A stretch of 55,046 nt of DNA, counting the filler, from Sphacelaria rigidula (taxonomy: Eukaryota): NCBI GenBank assembly GCA_964200075.2. It is 6 parts of 6 records of this genome, joined end to end, with 100 filler letters (N's around TTAATTAATTAA, not from the genome) between each part and the next. Parts side by side here need not be neighbours in the genome. Positions count along the whole stretch, not along the records: positions 45,957 to 55,046 come from CAXNAA020009328.1; 5 more parts are not named here. The stretch is one strand, 5' to 3'. A program made the translations under genes and the position numbers. Below are positions 49,237-55,046 of this stretch, piece after piece. Position 1 is the first letter of the stretch. Every line of letters starts with the position of its first letter. The notes under the pieces were generated by a model. The model was not told where the DNA came from, searched no databases, and saw only the letters and a list, made by a program, of their open reading frames with translations.

Positions 49237-52200
49237 CTACCTCGCCTCCTTGATCGCCAGCGCTCGCCGGAACAACACCTCCGCTTCCCCCGCCCGCTCC
49301 AGTCGAGTCAAACATCTGACCAACTCGTACAGCGTATAAGCTACCTCCACATCCCCCATCCCTAACCGCGCCTCCTTGATCGCCAGAGCTCGCCGGAGCA
49401 ACACCTCCGCTTCCCCCGCCCGCTCCAGTCGAGTCAAACATCTGGCCAACTGGTGCAGCGTAAATGCTACCTCGACATCCTCTATCCCCAGCCGCGCCTC
49501 CTTGATCGCGAGAGCTCGCCGGAACAACGCCTCCGCCTCCCTCGCCCGGTTCAGTTGAGTCAAACATCTGGCCAACTGGTGCAGCGTATAAGCTACCTCC
49601 ACATGCTCCGTCCCCAACCTCGCCTCCTTGATCGCGAGAGCTCGCCGGAACAACGCCTCCGCCTCCCCTCCCCGGTCCAGTCGAGTCAAACATCTGGCCA
49701 ACTGATGCAGCGTATAAGCTACCTCCACATGCTCCGTCCCCAACCTCGCCTCCTTGATCGCCAGCGCTCGCCGGAGTAACACCTCCGCTTCCCCTCCCCG
49801 ATCCAGTCGAGTCAAACATCTGGCCAACTGGTGCACCGTATAAGCTACCGACACATCCTCTATCCCCAGCCGCGCCTCCTTGATCGCCAGAGCTCGCCGG
49901 AGCAACACCTCCGCTTCCCCCGCCCGCTCCAGTTGAGTCAAACATCTGGCCAAGTCGTGCAGCGTATGAGCTACCTCCACATCCTCCATCCCTAACCTCG
50001 CCTCCTTGATCGCCAGAGCTCGCCAGAACAACGCCTCCGCCTCCCCCGTCTGCTCCAGTCGAGTCAAACATCTGGCCAACCCGTGCAGCGTAAACGCTAC
50101 CTCCACATCCTCCGTCCCCAACCGCGCCCCCTTGATCGCCAGAGCTCGTCGGAACAAAACCTCCGCTTCCCTTGCCCGGTCCAGTTGAGTCAAACATCTG
50201 GCCAACTGGTGCAGCGTACAAGCTACCGACACATCCTCCGTCCCCAACCTCGCCTCCTTGATTGCCAGAGCTTGCCGGAAAAACGCCTCCGCTTCCCCCA
50301 CCCGGTCCATTTGAGTAAACCGTATGGCCAACTCATACAGCAATTCTGACACAGGTATCGCACTGATCCCTAGCCTAGCCTCCGTGCTCACCAGCGCCTG
50401 GCGAAGCAAAACTCCCGCTTCGTGTAATCGTCCAGACTCTGCTAAACATCTGGCAAGCATCGCCCGTGCGTCCGCAATTTTTGCGGAGTCAGCATCGAGA
50501 TTCGCTTCCCCCGCTGCCTCTAATGCCCGCCTAAACCACAGCTCAGCCTTATCCACCCGCTCCAACGTATGGTAACACGAACCGAGCATCTGAAGGGATT
50601 GTACATACTCGGAAGTAGCAGCGACTCGGCCATCGGACCTCAACCGCGCATCTTCGACGTCTACCAAAGGTTCCATCAAACCTCGAAGACGCAAACTCTC
50701 CACTTCATCTCGGTGTCTCACCGATTCCTCACAGTGCCAGAGTGCAGTGAGAGAAGCATGAGGATTAGCCTCCGGGTTGCCCTCGCATCGCTCCCATACC
50801 TCCCGCATCACGGCCGCAGCACCATGAAAATCACTGTTGGTGTTATACAGCTCTGCCACAGCCGCCGCCGATGAGAAATACAACGGATCCGAGGAGTCTA
50901 GCGCAGACAGCGCAGAATCGTACGGGTGCAAGTTACGCAACCCTTTCCCCCCCACGAGCTCAACCGCCTCCCACAAACCCAGAAGGCTGTACACTTCCAC
51001 TAACCGCACCACCTCCAAGGTGGAAATATAGTTTTGCCATCTCTCCACCACCTCTCGGCGTATATCTTCACGAGTATCCACAAGAATCCTCCTAGCGTAT
51101 TCCGAGCGAGCGTCGTGCATGCGAAACATACCAGGTCCTGCCGCGGTGATGATTGCCCAACGCTCCAGAGCTGCCACCACTTCCCCAGCTCGCTCCAGAT
51201 CGTGCTCTGAATGCTCGTGACCGAATAACAACACACAAGCCTCGTACACCTCAAAAGCGTGACCGCCTGGCATTACCGCCAAGGCCAAGTAAAGCCACCG
51301 GCTCTGCGAATCCTCGGCCCCAAGGCACTCGAAGCCGGCTCGGAGAATCGCGATGCGTTTGTTCGCACTGGGGTCTCTATCTGCACTCCCACCATCATCA
51401 CCACCGACGTGTTTTTCTTCTTGAACCTTTTCTACATGATGCCGGATGACAGCAATCGCGTTGGACCATACGGCTGCATCCCTCCTCCCGTTCACCACCG
51501 TCCACCTTGCCACGGACTCCACGTACATGGGCATGTAGTCGCACAGCTCAAACAACTCACCGTACACAGATTCCGGCAAACGAGCGCCCTCAGGAAGTTC
51601 GGCGGCACTAGCCACCAGCGCCTCCGCCTCCTCCCGCCTCAGCCGCCCCAACACGATCGCCTTGCCACCAGCGTCATCTACCAGAACCTGATCTCGGGTC
51701 GTGAGCAGCACCCGCATGCCGGTCTTTCGCAGCTCCTGCACGACTTCCGTCTCCCACACGTCGTCCGCCACAAGTAGGCACTGCAGACCTTGGCGCTTCA
51801 TAGCCTCTTGGACATACGCTGTGCCGTTTTTCGGTTCGGTCGGCGACTGCCCGGGAGGATAGCCCCTGCTGTCTAGCACATTCTCGTACAACATCTGCGC
51901 AAGGTCCTGCATCAAACCTGGCAGACGCTCAGCCGCACCCCTACCCACGCGGAGCCATACCACGCCGTCGGAGAATAGCGCCCGCACTCGACTCAGCCGC
52001 TTGAGAGCCTTCTGGCGTGTCTCCCTGTCGAGAGTTCGGACCACACCCATCTCATCTCTTACTATCGTGGCCGCAGCGGTGGTCTTCCCCGACCCACTAC
52101 GGCCCACTAGCCCCGCCATCCACAGACCGTCCTTAGAGACGAAGTGGTTGTATACGTCATCTACCACAGTGTTGCGCACAACATGCCAGCCCTTCACTTT

Positions 52201-52308
52201 TGGAGCACCCGCTGGCACGGCAGAAAGCTTGGGTGACGACATAGAAGTACGTGCGAGGAGAGTCGCCATGTTCTCCCGCGTTGTTTGGGTGTCTCTCGCA
52301 ATGTGATG
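49237..52308 (-). CDS. NB-ARC (STAND NTPase) + TPR repeat protein, candidate NLR-like immune receptor; large exon, 5' exon(s) unresolved
   Basis: P-loop GRSGSGKTT, FSDGVVWLRVG, Walker B LLVADDVW, VLLTTRD and MHD motifs. 2-3 divergent TPRs, then ~8.5 near-identical 42-aa TPRs. Likely acceptor TTGGGATCAG ending at 52309. Confidence 0.93.
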   Translation of the reverse strand, partial: HHIARDTQTTRENMATLLARTSMSSPKLSAVPAGAPKVKGWHVVRNTVVDDVYNHFVSKDGLWMAGLVGRSGSGKTTAAATIVRDEMGVVRTLDRETRQKALKRLSRVRALFSDGVVWLRVGRGAAERLPGLMQDLAQMLYENVLDSRGYPPGQSPTEPKNGTAYVQEAMKRQGLQCLLVADDVWETEVVQELRKTGMRVLLTTRDQVLVDDAGGKAIVLGRLRREEAEALVASAAELPEGARLPESVYGELFELCDYMPMYVESVARWTVVNGRRDAAVWSNAIAVIRHHVEKVQEEKHVGGDDGGSADRDPSANKRIAILRAGFECLGAEDSQSRWLYLALAVMPGGHAFEVYEACVLLFGHEHSEHDLERAGEVVAALERWAIITAAGPGMFRMHDARSEYARRILVDTREDIRREVVERWQNYISTLEVVRLVEVYSLLGLWEAVELVGGKGLRNLHPYDSALSALDSSDPLYFSSAAAVAELYNTNSDFHGAAAVMREVWERCEGNPEANPHASLTALWHCEESVRHRDEVESLRLRGLMEPLVDVEDARLRSDGRVAATSEYVQSLQMLGSCYHTLERVDKAELWFRRALEAAGEANLDADSAKIADARAMLARCLAESGRLHEAGVLLRQALVSTEARLGISAIPVSELLYELAIRFTQMDRVGEAEAFFRQALAIKEARLGTEDVSVACTLHQLARCLTQLDRAREAEVLFRRALAIKGARLGTEDVEVAFTLHGLARCLTRLEQTGEAEALFWRALAIKEARLGMEDVEVAHTLHDLARCLTQLERAGEAEVLLRRALAIKEARLGIEDVSVAYTVHQLARCLTRLDRGGEAEVLLRRALAIKEARLGTEHVEVAYTLHQLARCLTRLDRGGEAEALFRRALAIKEARLGTEHVEVAYTLHQLARCLTQLNRAREAEALFRRALAIKEARLGIEDVEVAFTLHQLARCLTRLERAGEAEVLLRRALAIKEARLGMGDVEVAYTLYELVRCLTRLERAGEAEVLFRRALAIKEAR

Positions 52309-55046
52309 CTGATCCCAACGCAAACAATGGAAATATCGAGGGGAAACTGTTACAAGAGAGGATGGTCAGCTGCAGGAATAAGACTTCATCTTTCGGAAAC
52401 ATCAATGTCATGCTCCGAAGGGCTACCGTCGTTCATCTAGGTCGGTAATCAGATATTTTCAGAGGTAAAAGTCATGCTCAATAGCATTTTTGCCCTATTG
52501 GGCTTCAAACGCTACATTTGTTCGGGTTGAACCTGAAACTGTAAGGGGAGCAAGTGGCGTACAAAAATCGCACACACGCCGTGCAAAGCAGCATTCGGCC
52601 GAAAACATCCCCAGTTTCTTCTTAGGACAACAATGGAGAGAAAACAAGTGCGGGTTTGGTAAGGACTACAACAGATAGCAGAAACAAACAACCCTGCAGT
52701 ATGTTTTTTCAAACCAATGACGGGCTGAACTAGCCTAGTGTACCAAAAAGCTTGTGAGGTAAGAAAAATTGACAGATGGAATAGCTCTCCCAGTGCTGTC
52801 CTAGCGAATATCACTTTTCATTTGGACGTCGTCTGGAGAGCGCGCTGTGTGCTCGCCCTATTCACACAAATGTGTTGTATTGTTTTACCATCGCCCCCCA
52901 TGCTGGAAGGATTTGTATGTGATTGACGCGCACACCGCGGATGGACGGAGCTTGCTTCCCATCGGTCCCTGGGAAGTTGAACATTGACCACTTCGGAAAA
53001 GCGGTGGATTACTAGACCTACGATGTGCCTTATATCACGCATATGCGTAAGTGGTGGTGTGCGATGTTTGGGCGAATTGCGCTGCTCGCGTCGTACTATG
53101 TTCGTGTTCCCTTGCCGCAATGGTTCAAATTGGCGTGCCTCTCGAGCGAGGTAAACAGAGCTTGCTCGCTGTACTTTTTCTGGTGTTTTCCTTTAAGCTC
53201 GATGTGTCCGCCATCATAACGATATTGTCTTCGAAGGGTGACACGTGATCTTCTCAGTCGAGTGCGTCGTTCCTCGCGGGGTGTGCTTTGGCGCTACAGA
53301 ATCGATTGCGGTGCTTCTTGTTTGAGAATTCGCCCCCGAAACGTGTACGTTTCTGATAAAAGACTGGACAAAATGGCAATGGGTTGTGAGAAACTATGTT
53401 CGCTGCCTGTTGTGCCTGTGAGAAAAGGCTTACTCGACGAACAAAGTAATACACATGACCCACGGATGAATCATAACGGCCGTCAGACCTGTACAGACAC
53501 GCTCACAGTCGGGTCATGTGAAGACACATCTTGAGCTACCGCGCTTTCAATCATGGCACAGCGCCGCGTCCCGATGGTCTGACTGTTACACCTTGAAACC
53601 GGGTAGGGCACAGATGGGGATTCGAATCCGAGCAGAACCTGTTCTTCCCAGAATCATTCGATTTTGTCTGTTGAAAGCGAGACGACGTGAGCCGACGCGG
53701 TGCGGGAGTACCAATCCAAACCGCGGGACCAAGATGTGAAGCATGTAACAAAGATGGGTTGATCTATTGAGACCTCAGGCCCGTCGCGAAAAAAGGCAGG
53801 GATAGGGAGTAGACTAGGTGGACGAATACCAAGTATCCCCAACTAACGTATTCGACTTGCATGACGTATGTTTGTTGCAGGTGCCCCGGCTTTGTTATCA
53901 GCATGCTCCGGTGTACGAGCAATACCTGAGTACATGGCGACCCACACATACGCAAACTTACACCAGAGCACAGTTGGGATACACTGCTGAGGCTACCGTG
54001 CTTCCTCGCTCACTACGGCGGCTGGAGATATGTGCCCGTTGCGCATATGTAACGGGCAAAGCCCCTAGTCATGACAGGCAAAATCCCTCTTTTGCACAGC
54101 CTGACCCGTCGGGAAAAGAGCGGTGTTTTATTCCGAAACAAGACGCGTGCGAGAGACAGTTTCTGTCGCCAATCATGCCAGTGAACATCAACAAGACAAG
54201 TTGGGGAGGTCGTGTCTCCAATTTTTTGGGGCTGGGTTGAGTGGGTGTGAGGAGAATCGGAAATATTCCCGGAAATGAGAGGGCACGGTCGGCCATTGTC
54301 CTCTTTTACCGTGTGACCGCGAGGGTAGGTCATCCGGTCATGTAATCATTTTTCAAGTGAAATTGATGCTGATTAAACAGACGAACTATGCTCGCGGTCA
54401 AAGGCTTAACGATGAATGAGTACGTAAACTTTCGATTCCGAGTGTGCGTGATTGTGTTGTGTTCTGGCAAGTGATCACACTTTCGGAAATGAAACGGTAT
54501 GGGGGGGGTATCTATAATAGCCATTCCCCCGATACGGGAGGTCTAACCCTATTCGGACCGGGCCTCCAGAACGACCAATGAGGCTGGTTAGGAATGACGT
54601 GTCTGGCGTCTGNNNNNNNNNNCACGAAACAGGGGTGTGTTGCTGAAAATCCGCGTATGTAACCGCAGGGTTATGACGAAGACCGAAAGTTTCATCCAAT
54701 GTATTTTCAGGCGAAGGGTGCGCATTAGGTTGTATACATCTGCTGTAGCAAGCAGTATGGGTCACGGTTGAGAGCCTCCGACAGGGTGCGGCGACCGGCC
54801 TGTCGCCCGCCACTTGTGGCTTTGGATTATACTATTGTCCCCATCACCTTGCCACACAGCCCTTTGTGGTCGGGGTGGGCCACCATTTCCCCCTTCATTA
54901 CATGCGGCAAATTCTCTTCGAAGAGCATCAGCGTTGCGCCACGCATGCATACAACAGTATAGTACAGTACAGTGTAGTACGCCTCTCCGACTCAAGCAGC
55001 AGTTGCCACTGCATATTCCCTTGCACGTTCTGGGCAATTCTCAGCT

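Noticed and set aside
49199-50221. 340-aa Gly-rich overlapping ORF
   Set aside because: It is an alternative frame of the 126-bp TPR tandem; one stop-free unit repeated makes a long ORF automatically.
11942-52308. EsV-1-7 plus NB-ARC-TPR as a linked antiviral cluster or endogenous virus
   Set aside because: The genes lie on different contigs joined artificially, and no viral core genes were recognised.

Overview
Eukaryotic, repeat-rich DNA, most likely from a brown alga (Ectocarpus-like). That is inferred from an EsV-1-7 repeat gene, an NB-ARC-TPR gene and GT-AG intron architecture. The window is not one locus: six unrelated ~9.09 kb contigs of non-increasing length are joined by identical artificial 100-bp linkers (N44-TTAATTAATTAA-N44). 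Coding content: an EsV-1-7 Cys/His repeat protein (~15 x 38 aa), an NB-ARC-TPR candidate immune receptor with an intronless 126-bp repeat array that decays past its stop, one exon of an Asp/Asn beta-hydroxylase-like gene, and two tentative multi-exon genes of unknown function. Most of the rest is transposon-derived. Most interesting observations: (1) a 537-bp lone LTR abutted by a 53-nt copy of the 3' half of mature tRNA-Ser(GCU) including CCA, apparently a fossil reverse-transcription intermediate that read past A58 and stopped at position 32/33; (2) a ~160-bp G:U-biased hairpin, probably intronic, resembling a brown-algal miRNA/siRNA precursor; (3) hAT-like non-autonomous elements with 8-bp TSDs, two of which carry unrelated cargo at the same internal junction; (4) tRNA-like Pol III units in palindromic and tandem arrangement.
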